Notes under the pieces: model-generated | Database searches by the model: none | The model's input: only the letters and a program-made list of their open reading frames with translations | Told to the model about the DNA's origin: nothing | Source: Ophelia neglecta | Lineage: Eukaryota | Direction of reading: 5' to 3' | Length of the DNA: 64,000 bases | Assembly (NCBI GenBank): GCA_965285935.1 | Contig: OZ260665.1 | Coordinates: 20,646,001 to 20,710,000 of the forward strand | Shown: in pieces, positions 39,684 through 50,997 of the stretch | Position numbering within the stretch: position 1 is the stretch's first letter | Layout: each line of letters opens with the position of its first letter | Made by a program: the position numbers and the translations under genes

Positions 39684-39967
39684 TCATAGGTGTTTGTTGA
39701 CTTGGCTGGGGTTCGAACCCACTACCCTTGCAGTACCAACTTTATGGACATTTATGGGGGTTTGGAAGTAGCACAATGGATTGAGTCGCCGATATGGCTG
39801 GGCTAGGTTGTTGTACTCGAGGGTTGTGGTTTCGAGCCTCAGCCAAGTCAACAATTTTCAATGCAAAATCATTTGGGGTTTGGATTTCCGTTGTAGTTTT
39901 AAATAGGTCTTTGTGGCCAAGCCTACAGTGACACAATATATCCTATCTCGATTTCGAGTAATATATA
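39684..39967. mobile_element. Palindromic tRNA/SINE-derived insertion with ~47-bp inverted arms carrying B-box-like motifs; possible 13-bp TSD
   Basis: The arm from 39694 (ttgttgacttggctggggttcgaacccactaccctt) nearly matches the reverse complement of the arm ending at 39854. The direct repeat tggcaacgataat lies at 39671-39683 and 39968-39980. Confidence 0.65.
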
Positions 39968-40215
39968 TGGCAACGATAATAAACATTATGAAGGCGTCAA
40001 TTGCTTTAAGCGTCATGACTCAAACAAATCTGAAGCTGAGGTGTTGGACCTTGTGATAATACTATGTTAAGTGTGTATTAATGTAGGTTGCAAACCCTTT
40101 ATTATTTTTAAACATGTACTCTTCTTCATTTCCAGTGTTCACTCTACTTTCACACAATACTATCATATGATATCAAAGTTTATTAATTGCAGAATAAGAC
40201 ACAGCGACCGGAACT

Positions 40216-41445
40216 ATGGACTATAACTATTCATTCGAAATGGAGGACCTTAACTTCACCAGCCTGCACACTAGCAACCTGACCATGGATGATCCTTCAG
40301 AGCCAATATATAACCAATTTAACTATTATACAAAGTGGCAAATAATTTGTCTGACAATTCTAGCGGTGCTGGCAATTGTTTTCACAATATGTGGCAATTT
40401 TGTTGTAATTTTGTCATTCATTTTGGATAAAAGCATAAGACATCCGGACAACTTCATGTTTGCCTCGTTTGCTGTCTGCGACATCCTCGTTGGTTCGGTG
40501 TCTATGCCCCTGTACACAGTGTACCTATTGTCAGGTCAATATTGGCCCCTGGGGGAAGTGCTATGTGATCTGTGGCTGTCATTTGAGTATACTGTAGTTA
40601 TGGTCTCTGGTTTAACAGTCCTTTGCCTCACATTTGATCGCCTTTGCATGGTGGAAATCCCAATCAAATATGGAACTTGGCGCACGGGAACTAGAATTGT
40701 GGTTGTTATAGCCTTCACATGGCTCATACCTGTACTGGTTTGCTTCATTTCAATATTCGGCTGGCAACATTTTGTTGGAAAAAGAACAGTTCCCGAAGGA
40801 ACGTGCTATGCTCAATTTATTGAAGACGTTCTGTTCAACACATTTATCCAATCTGTTTATTTCTGGTGTGCCTTGACTTTGTCATTTGTAATGTACGCCG
40901 CTATCTGTAAAGGCGCCTGGGATTGGAAAAATAAAAGGATGGACACAGGCCTGGTCCAGCAAACCAATACAGTTCCGTTGTCGATGGTTGGACAGCGCGT
41001 AGCAACAGGAACATACACTCAAAGCAATACGGAAGGTCCTGTGCCGATTCCAGAAAAGCAGATGGTCCAGCATCTACTCTACCGTAGGAATGAGGGATCC
41101 ACCCCAGTTGAAGAAAATATGTCAGTAGGCGAAACATCTGAACATTCAGGTCATGGTTCCCGTGCCTATACTGGGGAGAGTTGTAATAGAGTTAATGAAG
41201 CCTTTAAGACAGTAACTGTTATATTAGGAGTGTTCATTCTGTGCTTGGTGCCATGGCACATTCTTCTATTGATAAGCACGTTTTGTACAGATTGGGGTGG
41301 CTGCTTTGCTCCTGTACTTTTTGATATTTTTACCTGGCTTTGCTATATCCATAGTACTTTTCATCCACTGTGCTACGCATTTGTCAATCAGCAATTCAGG
41401 AAAACCTTCTTAAGAATCATGCGACTTGACTTTTGCAAAAGGTGA
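40216..41445 (+). CDS. Class A GPCR, muscarinic acetylcholine receptor-like (invertebrate type-B/gar-2-like), divergent; 409 aa, single coding exon
   Basis: N-glycosylation sequons at the N-terminus; TM1 GN; TM2 FAVCDILVG; WPLGEVLCDLWL; TFDRL; GWQHFVGKRTVPEGTCYAQF; FILCLVPWHI; WLCY..HPLCYAFVNQQFRKTF. An upstream acceptor tttccag|40136 suggests a 5'UTR intron. Confidence 0.92.
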   Translation: MDYNYSFEMEDLNFTSLHTSNLTMDDPSEPIYNQFNYYTKWQIICLTILAVLAIVFTICGNFVVILSFILDKSIRHPDNFMFASFAVCDILVGSVSMPLYTVYLLSGQYWPLGEVLCDLWLSFEYTVVMVSGLTVLCLTFDRLCMVEIPIKYGTWRTGTRIVVVIAFTWLIPVLVCFISIFGWQHFVGKRTVPEGTCYAQFIEDVLFNTFIQSVYFWCALTLSFVMYAAICKGAWDWKNKRMDTGLVQQTNTVPLSMVGQRVATGTYTQSNTEGPVPIPEKQMVQHLLYRRNEGSTPVEENMSVGETSEHSGHGSRAYTGESCNRVNEAFKTVTVILGVFILCLVPWHILLLISTFCTDWGGCFAPVLFDIFTWLCYIHSTFHPLCYAFVNQQFRKTFLRIMRLDFCKR

Positions 41446-43292
41446 ATTTATGTTTTTGTCGTAGACAGTGCGTTCTTTCGTTGCAAGGTTGCATTATAAT
41501 CTGGAAAGCAATATACAAAATGTAGACAATGCTAATTATCTCAAAGTTTCCAAGACGGTAATATATATGCCTGTTGAATGGTCATTGATTGTTTTAAATT
41601 TATTTTTTGTTGTGTGTATGTGTAGCTAAATCCATTATGAGAAGGGAATACAGATCAGCTTATTGCTTTTGTCACAATTCATTGAAAATTATTTGGACAG
41701 TATGTTACACAGTTAGGCTAGAAGACTGTTAAACTATGATAATCAATTAAACATCACGCCCAACGAACTGATATATATATATATTCATTCCCAGTGAGTT
41801 GAGTCATCTAGTTAGCCATTCCTACTCTGAATTACTATGTAAATGATTTAGGCAGATAATTATAGCCTGTGCTTAGCTCCAGTATGCTAGGTTTCTAGCC
41901 TCGTTTGTAATCCTTATATATAAAAGTGCTCTTGGGTTAAACATTATTAGGTATATATCATAGAAAACCTTGCCATGTTACCAGTCTAAGGGTATGGTGT
42001 AATTTAATTTATAAAGCATGGTAATCGTACTTAATATACTCTGCAATGGAGTTTAAATATATGCATTGCACCTATGCGCTATTGGAGCAAAACACAGGAA
42101 ATACCGAAATAGTGTGATTAGTGTAATTTTCATTATTTAAGAAACGCTGTTCTTCACAATACACTACGTAAATACCTATTTTGAATTTTAAGGGTTTAAA
42201 ACCTTCCTATGACTGGAATTTGCGATATTCTATTTATTGTGGCTTTATAATGTTGATGATGGTCATATTGTCATTAACGTTTTATGACGATTGTTACGAT
42301 GCTTGAAAGATATGGTTTTGCACTTAAAATTGACCATTAGGTGCACTTTAGTTATTAGTTTGTAAGTTTATGAATCTCATGTAAGACGAAATACTTGTTC
42401 CGTGTAAGAAGTAAGAAGCGTTTTATTTGCCTGACTACAGGCTGTAGTTAATTTCCAGTATATTCACATATCGCGACCATTGTGTATTGCCCTGTTGCAT
42501 GTTTTTTTGCACTTATCTCATAAGTTCGTCAACTATTATTAGTGAGCTTGGATTATACTATGGCATATGTAATTGTGTTATTAAAATAACAACTACATAC
42601 ATTAGCTATAGCTCTCTTGTGCGTCGCTTAGGCGCCCCATGTTCATGTGCGCATTTGATTTCCAGCCACGAGAGCGATATAAGGCACCTCATTTCAAAAA
42701 CGAATTAAATCACTTTTCATGCACACTGACCCCCGACATTAATCTTATTTGCATTTAAAGCAGTTTGTAAAGTTATTTTTTAGTAAATTATTCTAACTCA
42801 ATAGTGACCTTTCCTTTTCACATATTCTGGTGGTCTATGGAGGCGTTTAATTGCGGGGAAAGTTTTACAAATGAAATTGCCAGATGCGGTGAATCTTTTA
42901 GGGAGCGGTTCTGAAACTAGTCAATCTTAGATTACTCAGGTGACAAACATGAAAAAACCAATACCAATCGCCTCTTAAAGATTAATTATATATGACGGAA
43001 ATGTTTAAACTCTAAATAACCATGCGTCCTTTGTTTGCTGATGTGCTATCTACATTTATTTATAACATGAAAAGGCAAGCATGTTTAATGCATATACAAA
43101 TTTCATATTTAATGTTAGAGCATATGACATCATGTCCTTATGGGCGGATTGACATGGGCAAGGTGTAAGCTGTGCCTCTTAACTGTTAAATATTGCTATT
43201 GATTGAAAAATAAGACAACCTATATCGTTATCCCACATGAACTAGGTGATACAAGTACTGCCTTTTTTATGATTATCTATTTTATGACATTA

Positions 43293-43530
43293 GGGCCTGG
43301 TTTCTAGAAGCAGTATTAATTATTATCTAGGATTAGAAACGGACTTATATTGCTTAATCTTCCTTGACTTACTAATCGCGGTTTCTTGAAGCTGGATTTG
43401 GTATTAACCCTAGCCATATTGGTCTAAAAGTAATCATTATCAATAGAAACACCGATTAACTCAGTCTCAGCTCATCGAAGATAGGCTTATCTTCTTTTTA
43501 AACTTAAGACCACTTCTTAGAACCGGACCC
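43293..43530. mobile_element. PIF/Harbinger-like MITE
   Basis: Left end gggcctggtttctagaag vs reverse complement of right end gggtccggttctaagaag. GGGCC-type termini with imperfect 3-bp flanks. Confidence 0.55.
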
Positions 43531-44064
43531 AGATAAACTTAAACAAAAGCCTGAAGATTCAATAAGGCGTGCTGAACTGAGTATCAGGATATTAAGCAGA
43601 TTCAAACTTCAACCCATTCAGCGATGTCCACACCCTCCGAATAAAATACTTATATCCGTACATCCATTTGTCGATATAAAGCATACTTTCCGCATGACGT
43701 GTAAGGTTCAATACGTACGCACAACTTCACCTCAATAGCTTTAACACCGAATGCTTGACACAGCCCGAAGTTGTAACTGGTGATGTAATGATATAACGAC
43801 ATTTATTCTTTAATATTTATCATTCGAGTGACCTAAGGCGGATATAAAGCTTCTCCAACTCGGTAAGCTAAAGACTCTCAAGACATGCAGTAAAAGTTTT
43901 ATCTAAACTCCGCTCTATATTTGTCTATATCTTTTAAAATATATATTGTTTCTTGCCATTAAATTGTATCAAATAGTTTAATAGTAATAGCACTTCGTAT
44001 TAGGTATTGTCTCTGTTTATTGTGGGTTTAAACCATTTACAGGCATATCAGCTTGGCCCAAACT

Positions 44065-45410
44065 ATGGATCCGATTTCAAGCGACCCAAGTGAGATGATA
44101 GAGGCGACTCGTAGCGGTTATGAAACAGGTTCATAATTTCTCAATGTATATTTCATTTAGCTATTCCATTGGGCGAGTGTTTGTTTCGAATATCAGTGAG
44201 ATAACACAGCAGTAGCTTCTTATTAAATAATTTTTCATACGGGATGATATTCATTCATTATAAAATAACTGCCTAGCCTGTTTGAAGGGTTTGTACAAGT
44301 AGTATTTCCAAATTCATGATTCCGAAGCTAGTGTAACAAGTACAAGCGGAGGTGTATGACAATAAAATCACATTTACCACAGCAAGGCCGCTACAAGACC
44401 ACGTAATGGATCAATCTCAGTCATCACTGAGAGACGGGTCGTCCTCATTTACCAACGACCAGCCAGCGCCCTCTAGCGGGCAGCCCATACATGCTTGGAA
44501 CCCAGCGCCACCTGCATACACCACTGACGCTCCTCCCGCATATGGCGTCCCCTCATTTCCATACAAACCCCCCTACTACGGGGCACCGGTCGTCATTCAG
44601 GTACATATTCATGCACTTATTTCATTTGTTCTTAATTAAGCAATCGGATATTTGGCTCGTTAAATCCTCGGAAGACCATCCTACCAGACAGGAAAAAATA
44701 TTGGTGCCATTTCCTGCTGAGTATCTGAGAAAGGTTAGCTTATCCCTGCCGAGTATCTGAGAACAGCTAGCTTATCCCTGCCGAGTATCTGAGAACAGCT
44801 AGCTTATCTGAGAACAGCTAGCTTATCTGAGAACAGCTAGCTTATCCCTGCCGAGTATCTGAGAACAGTAATCGTATATGAGAACAGCTAGCTTATCCCT
44901 GCCGAGTATCTGAGAACAGTAATCTTATCTGAGAACAGCTAGCTTATCCCTGCCGAGTATCTGAGAACAGTAATCTTATCTGAGAACAGGTAGCTTATCC
45001 CTGCCGAGTATCTGAGAACAGTAATCTTATCTGAGAACTGCTAGTTTATCCCTGCCGAGTATCTGGAACAGTTAGCTTATCATGTCAATCTATTTTTAAC
45101 ATTTATTTTCTAGCCTGGAGGAAATTCCCATGGTGACGAGTGCGTCATCCGAGTCCAGGGTGTGACGTTAACCCAAGATCACGTGCCAGTCACCAAACCT
45201 GAGAGCTATATGTGTCTGGCCTTATTCACATGCCTGCTTTGCAACTGGATTTTGGGATCTGTTGCTATCTACTACAGCGCACGATCTAAAAAAGCCCCAA
45301 ACTACCAACTTGCTCAAAGCCGCGCCAGTGTCAGTTTTGTTTTGTCTATGATTGGCATATTCTCTGGGATAATTATCTACATAACCGTGTTGGTTGTAGT
45401 TCTTAATTAG
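44065..45410 (+). CDS. CD225/dispanin (IFITM/PRRT-like) membrane protein 1, ~192 aa; exons 44065-44128, 44383-44600, 45114-45410
   Basis: Exon 3 KPESYMCLALFTCLLCNWILGSVAIYYSARS..AQSRASVSFVLSMIGIFSG fits the CD225 pattern. Exon 2 is Pro-rich (PPAY x2, PPYY). Splice phases 1 and 0 are consistent and identical to paralog 2. Exon 1 is less certain. Confidence 0.85.
44713..45081. repeat. Intronic compound minisatellite of 32-bp and 19-bp units
   Basis: Long unit tgagaacagctagcttatccctgccgagtatc; short unit tgagaacag(cta/taa)(g/t)cttatc. About 14 units. Confidence 0.92.
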
Positions 45411-46569
45411 CAGATTGGTTTGCAATCGCTTGCTTGGCATCGTAGCCATGTATGAAATGTTTTCACGGAATGTATGTAGAATCTTTAACAGCCCCACGCC
45501 TTTTGCTGGACAAATATTAAAAATTGAGTGGACATTTAAAGTGATTTAAATGAAAATATCACGCATAATACTCATTTAATTATACTTTTTAATTTTGGAG
45601 AACAATTGAGAACTTTCTTTCCAAAGAACGGCAAAAGCTTTTTAACTGTGGACTGAGCACTTTTTGAACATGTATATTCCGAGCATTTACAAATGCTCAT
45701 AGTTTACAATGTGTTATTTCCTGCGTTTCGTCTTACTGAACATTTACAATTACCAAAGCAGGCAATGGACTATACGAGCTAATAAGGTGAAGGACGACAT
45801 GAATTGTGGATGTATCGAGGCACTGTATTGATCAAATACATACTTTAATCAAATCAAAATCAGATGAGCCCAGAAGAATAAAAGATTATTTAATAGTGTA
45901 ATCCGGATTAATTCAACTAACATCTCTAAACCTTAGATATAAATGACGTTACTCGGTGCTTTCTGTCGTTTTAACCAAGGAAAAATTTGTGTATAATCTT
46001 GTTGAAACAATCCAAGATGCTAGCGTGAATTCAACACATAAGATGCCTGCTTTAAGTATTAATTGATCCTTTAATTAATCCCTTGCTTTATTATAAATTA
46101 TATAAATAGATTTTCATTATTCTAAGGAATGCACCATTATATATCTCGGTATGAGGGTGGAAGGGCGGGAGAGATGAGAATTGTGTTGAAATAAACGATT
46201 ATTGGCCATGTTTAGAAAAATATACTTTTCCACGGTTTGGAAAGAAAAGAAAAAAGTTTATTTCATCCAAAATTAGTTAAATGTTAGTATTCTCTTCCAA
46301 AACGAAATTATGTTGCGACCATTAACTATCTGGCTTTGAGGTCTGGCTCACACCATGAAAACTTTTGACCAATTCCCATTGCTAGGCAGTGGAATTTGAA
46401 ATTTTGATGGTTATTTCCGTTACATTCAATTTACTATTAGAGATATTTGCAGTTGCTGGCTCTAGGTGAATTTTGCCTGATTTAAAGAACATTTCTTGAT
46501 AAACAATTTGTTCAGTGTTAAATCTGCCGAGTATTTACACCCGTTTTGGGTCATCCTGTTTGATTAATG

Positions 46570-47345
46570 TTGCCATTTTTGGGGACAAGCTGCGACATTA
46601 ATCACAATTCAATATTATGTTTTAAGGTAGATGTCATGTTCAAATGGGTTATAGTCAGTGGTGTATCTCATAAACAGCAGAATGGTATATTTATTTTTAG
46701 TGCGTATATGCCAAGAACAAGTCTGTCTGATGAATTTTATAATGAATGTTTACAAGGGGTGATAAGTGTACATACCTATTAGGAGCAGTAGTACTAGCTG
46801 GTGACTTTAACTGCCAGGGCAAGTGCCAGGTTAGTGTTAAAAGGAATGTGAACACAAGTCGAGTTGATATGTTTGAGTCGCAATTCAGGCAACGTGCTTA
46901 TTTGACTGTTTGTGATTTACCTGGATGTGCAGGTCCACGTTATACATATCATTGTCGGCAGTTAACCCATTGTATTTTAATAGATCTGCGACGAAGGCTG
47001 TTGTATTCATTTGACCTACGGAACAAGTTTTGGGATTGTCTGTGTGGTTGATTGAATATATACAATTATATGACTCTCTTGAATATGGACAATAATAAAT
47101 TTACTTGGAGGTCAGGATGGTATTGAGCTCGAAGAGGATGAGGCTGAAAGTTGATAACACTAGTTGCAACTTCCTTCTGCCTTTACAGTAAGGCAATGTA
47201 TACATACGCGTATGTTACTGAAGAATGAAGTATTAAATTATCTAATGTAGTTATATATAATTATGCTGTACAAATGTTAAGTTAATTATATGTTGCTCTT
47301 GTTAAGTCAAGGAGAATAAACAAATAAATCAATTAATCAATCAAT
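46570..47345 (+). mobile_element. Internally deleted, decayed LINE (APE endonuclease remnant, C-terminus, 3' tail)
   Basis: IFSAYMP, AVVLAGDFN and GPRYTY are APE-like motifs. Ends with a hairpin, aataaa and a (tcaa)n tail like the element at 61053. Confidence 0.7.
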
Positions 47346-48447
47346 GTCAGAAGTGTGTCGTGAATGAATACTCTGATCTTTAAAAATCTATACCTATCCA
47401 ATATATCGAGCTCAGGTATATAAGTGTATGCCAAAAACCAAAGATATAAAACACTGAATTGCTATTCGATTTAGTGAATTGTTGTAGTAGTTTTCATTGC
47501 AATAAATTATCGCAATTCTCCAACTTCCACTTTGCCTGACTTCCATGACATAATAACTATTTCCTATTGAAAATTAACTAACTTGTATATCTTATTTTAT
47601 ATAATCACATAAATTATCAGGTAAATGGAATGTATTAGTAAAAAAGCAACTATCCAAAAATTATTATTACACTACTGATTGATTTCACCCGTATAGTAAA
47701 AAAAACAATTATGACTATACTTCTGAAAGTTAAAAGGCTCTTAAAATCATTTACTTATCTTGAACAGTGATACTTTTTAAGTGATGAACCTCCAATTCTT
47801 CATACTGGGTAAATAAAGAGTAATAGCATGCTGAACAACACACTCATATGAGATGTATAAGCATAAGTGTTATCTCACTTGTTGTAAGGTATAAGCTACC
47901 AGTCAATATGTCTAGCAATGCAAATACTCAGTCCAATGTGCAAAGTTTATAATGACGTGTTATGAATTTCAAACAACAACGTATATATATATAGTTGACA
48001 ACAGAAGCAACGAAGGTGGCTTGTGTTATTATTTTGTCTGGTAAGTTGATATTATTATTAGGTGTGGTATAATGTATACTTCCGTTTTCACTATGATTTA
48101 ATTGAATAAACGGAGTGACACAATGACCTAGAAACTGTATAACCTTTAGCCATTGAACGCTTTAATCCTTTACCGTTCAAAAGGAATCCCGGGGAACCAA
48201 AGCATAGACATTACTTATTAACGATAATGCAAACGGAATGCCCTAGCAGGGGCGTATATTGTTCAAATCCATGACTGTTTAATGCAGACCTCTTTCCACC
48301 CAACTCTTATGGTCGCCTGATGGTTTCCGATTAAGTCAAGAGCACATATTAATGCAATTTTTTATGGATTTTATGTTACATCTAATCCTATGGTATTTCT
48401 ATAATGAGTTTGATTTTTTTCTTATAGACTTTTCCTTGGACTAAATG

Positions 48448-49631
48448 ATGGATCATTATTCAATCAACCCAGGTGACAGCACTGAGGCGGCATATAGCGC
48501 TAACGAATCAGGTTGAAAAGTTGATAAATGTATTTCTAAATATATTTCTTACACGGATTGAGGGAATAATGTTGCCTTGAATTTAATTGCTGCAGATGAT
48601 AAAACGTCATAACGGAGATACACTTGAATATGTAGAAAACTGTCCTACCTTTAGGGGACTTTTTTTTATCTTTGGCTCACAAATAGCAGAACATATTCAA
48701 AATCGGTTGTTGCTCTTATTTGCAGAGTTGCCAATTTGCATAATGTATTATGCTTATACTTAAGCACACAGCTCATTTCTTTGTATCCATTTCATCATTT
48801 AGCAAATGTATAAGAACGAGGGGGTGTCAGTGAATACTTATACTATATTAACCACAGGACAACCTGTTGAAGAACGGGGATCACAATCAGTTCCATCGCA
48901 GACGACTGGAGCATTCTCCGTCACCTCCGAACAGTTACCACCCTTAAGCGAGTTTCCCAAGGCAGCTTGGACCCCTGCCCCACCTCCATATACTACTGAT
49001 GATCCGCCAGGATATGACGTGCCATCTTTTCCGTACAAATCACCGTCATATGGAACGCCTGTTGTCATTCAGGTACCTATATTTGATTCTATTATGTTTG
49101 TCTTTGATTGACTGACAGTATTTCTTTTCTTTAGTATAATCTAAAATAATGGATCATGAATTAATACCCGTGGGGGTGTAGCTGACGGTTCATTATATCC
49201 TCGACCGACTTTAACAATAATTTCTAATGGCAATGTTTGGTACGTCGGCCAAAAATCCGCTTATACCCATTTTAAAATTAATGCATATTCATAGACTGAT
49301 CAGTTATTTTATTTTATTTCAATTTATCTTCGTTGCTTAATTCTAGCCAAGTCTAAATTCCCATAGTGGCGGAACGCGGGGGTCAGAGTTCAACCAATAT
49401 AACGTGCCAGTCACCAAACCGAACAGCAATATGTGCCTTGCCTTATTTACGTGTATGCTGTGCAACTGGATACTGGGATGCATTGCCATTTTCTACAGTG
49501 CACGATCACAAGATGCTCACGACTACGAAGTTGCTGAAAACAATGCCAAAGTCAGCTTTGTTCTGTCCTTGGTTGGCATTGTTTCTGGTGTAATTATCTA
49601 CACAACGGTGTTGGTTATTATTTTAAATTGA
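48448..49631 (+). CDS. CD225/dispanin membrane protein 2, ~187 aa; exons 48448-48511, 48858-49072, 49347-49631
   Basis: Exon 3 KPNSNMCLALFTCMLCNWILGCIAIFYSARSQDA..AENNAKVSFVLSLVG; exon 2 WTPAPPPYTTDDPPGY..PVVIQ|gtac. The 64-nt exon 1 is homologous to that of paralog 1 (alternative ATG at 48445). Confidence 0.85.
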
Positions 49632-50782
49632 AAAATTGACAAAATTTAGATTCCTACTACCTTTTATAAATGACATTTAACCGGATGACACCAGTTATGG
49701 ACAAATTTTAAAAGCGCACCAAAGACAAGAACTTGCCCTGATTTGAAATCTAGAAACCTCTGTACAAATGAAGTAAACTTGAAGTAAAAAATACTCTATG
49801 GAGAATTAGACGCTTTAATATGTATTGTACTTTTAATGATGAAACCTTGATTTTCCCCTGACTCCGAATCACATGTATAAAAGAGTTTTTTCCTTGTCCT
49901 TGTTAATGGTATGTTGCTATTTTGCTAAGGGCGTATAAAATGGTGCATTAATTTCATTGAAAAAGCTATTCAAGCAGATTTGTTTCTAATAGATTCGATG
50001 GAAGACTCAATAAAGCTAGTTTTACTATAAGCATAATTCCACAAAGCCGAATGTCTAAACTAGGTGTTTTATTCAGCAGTTTATAGAAGCTACCTGTTAT
50101 GATGATTTATTACTGGAATTACCAAAATCCCATTTAGTATCTATTGCCATCTATCATAAACAACATAGGTTCCTGTCGATCTGTTGTGTAATAGATTTAT
50201 ATTTTATTTTATTTTCTAACTAATTGATGGTAAGTTTTGAACAAAGTCATACAAGACGAGCACTGGTATCAATTATTTGTTTCACACTTTGCCAAAAAAG
50301 TACTTAACACAGGTAACAGTCTGGAGTCAAAACTGTTGCCTAGGTTGACATTTGATATACCGCATGCGAACTTGATGATAAAAAGCCCAGATATCCTCGA
50401 CATGAAGGATACACGTGTTTGTCACATGTTTTCGAAAGCCGTATGCACTTTAATGGAAGTGCCCATTGGTCCATTTATCAACTTCCGCTAGGCACAATGC
50501 CTCACATGTCGGACGATTATCACGACTTCAGTGCACCCTACACATATAAAAGACAAACATCTTAACAAATGGGCTATTGCCCTTTAAACATGATATACTT
50601 TGTTCGTAACATGAGTGTGTATGGTTAAAAGCAACCAGCATCAGGGTTAAATGAAAAGCACTAGCTCCATACTCGAATTAATGATATATGGACACCTTAT
50701 CGGCTTGAAATACAAAAGCAAGTCATCAAAGTGCATTACTGGTGATGGTTTAAAACCCCAATAGGTGTTTATTACTTAGCAG

Positions 50783-50997
50783 GTGATACGGAGGCACAGA
50801 TCCCAAGTGGCGAAATACATTCATCAGAATAAGTGGTGCCGGGCAGAACTGACCAATGATCCCTACATCGAAACCTGACCGGAACACAAACAGCAATGAA
50901 TTTCCCGTGTATCCACCTCCCTTTTCCACAGATAAACATTTGGCCTTCCAATGCACAACATTCAGTTACTAATATTATAAAACACACCATTGTCTTA
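50783..50997 (+). pseudogene. Possible remnant of exon 2 of a fourth dispanin paralog
   Basis: Acceptor ttagcag|50783. EFPVYPPPFSTD resembles paralog 2 EFPKAAWTPAPPPYTTD. Stops and a frameshift are present; no CD225 exon follows. Confidence 0.3.

Noticed and set aside
39694-39854. Functional tRNA gene
   Set aside because: Only B-box/T-arm-like sequence is present; no full cloverleaf could be built, and the arms form an inverted repeat.
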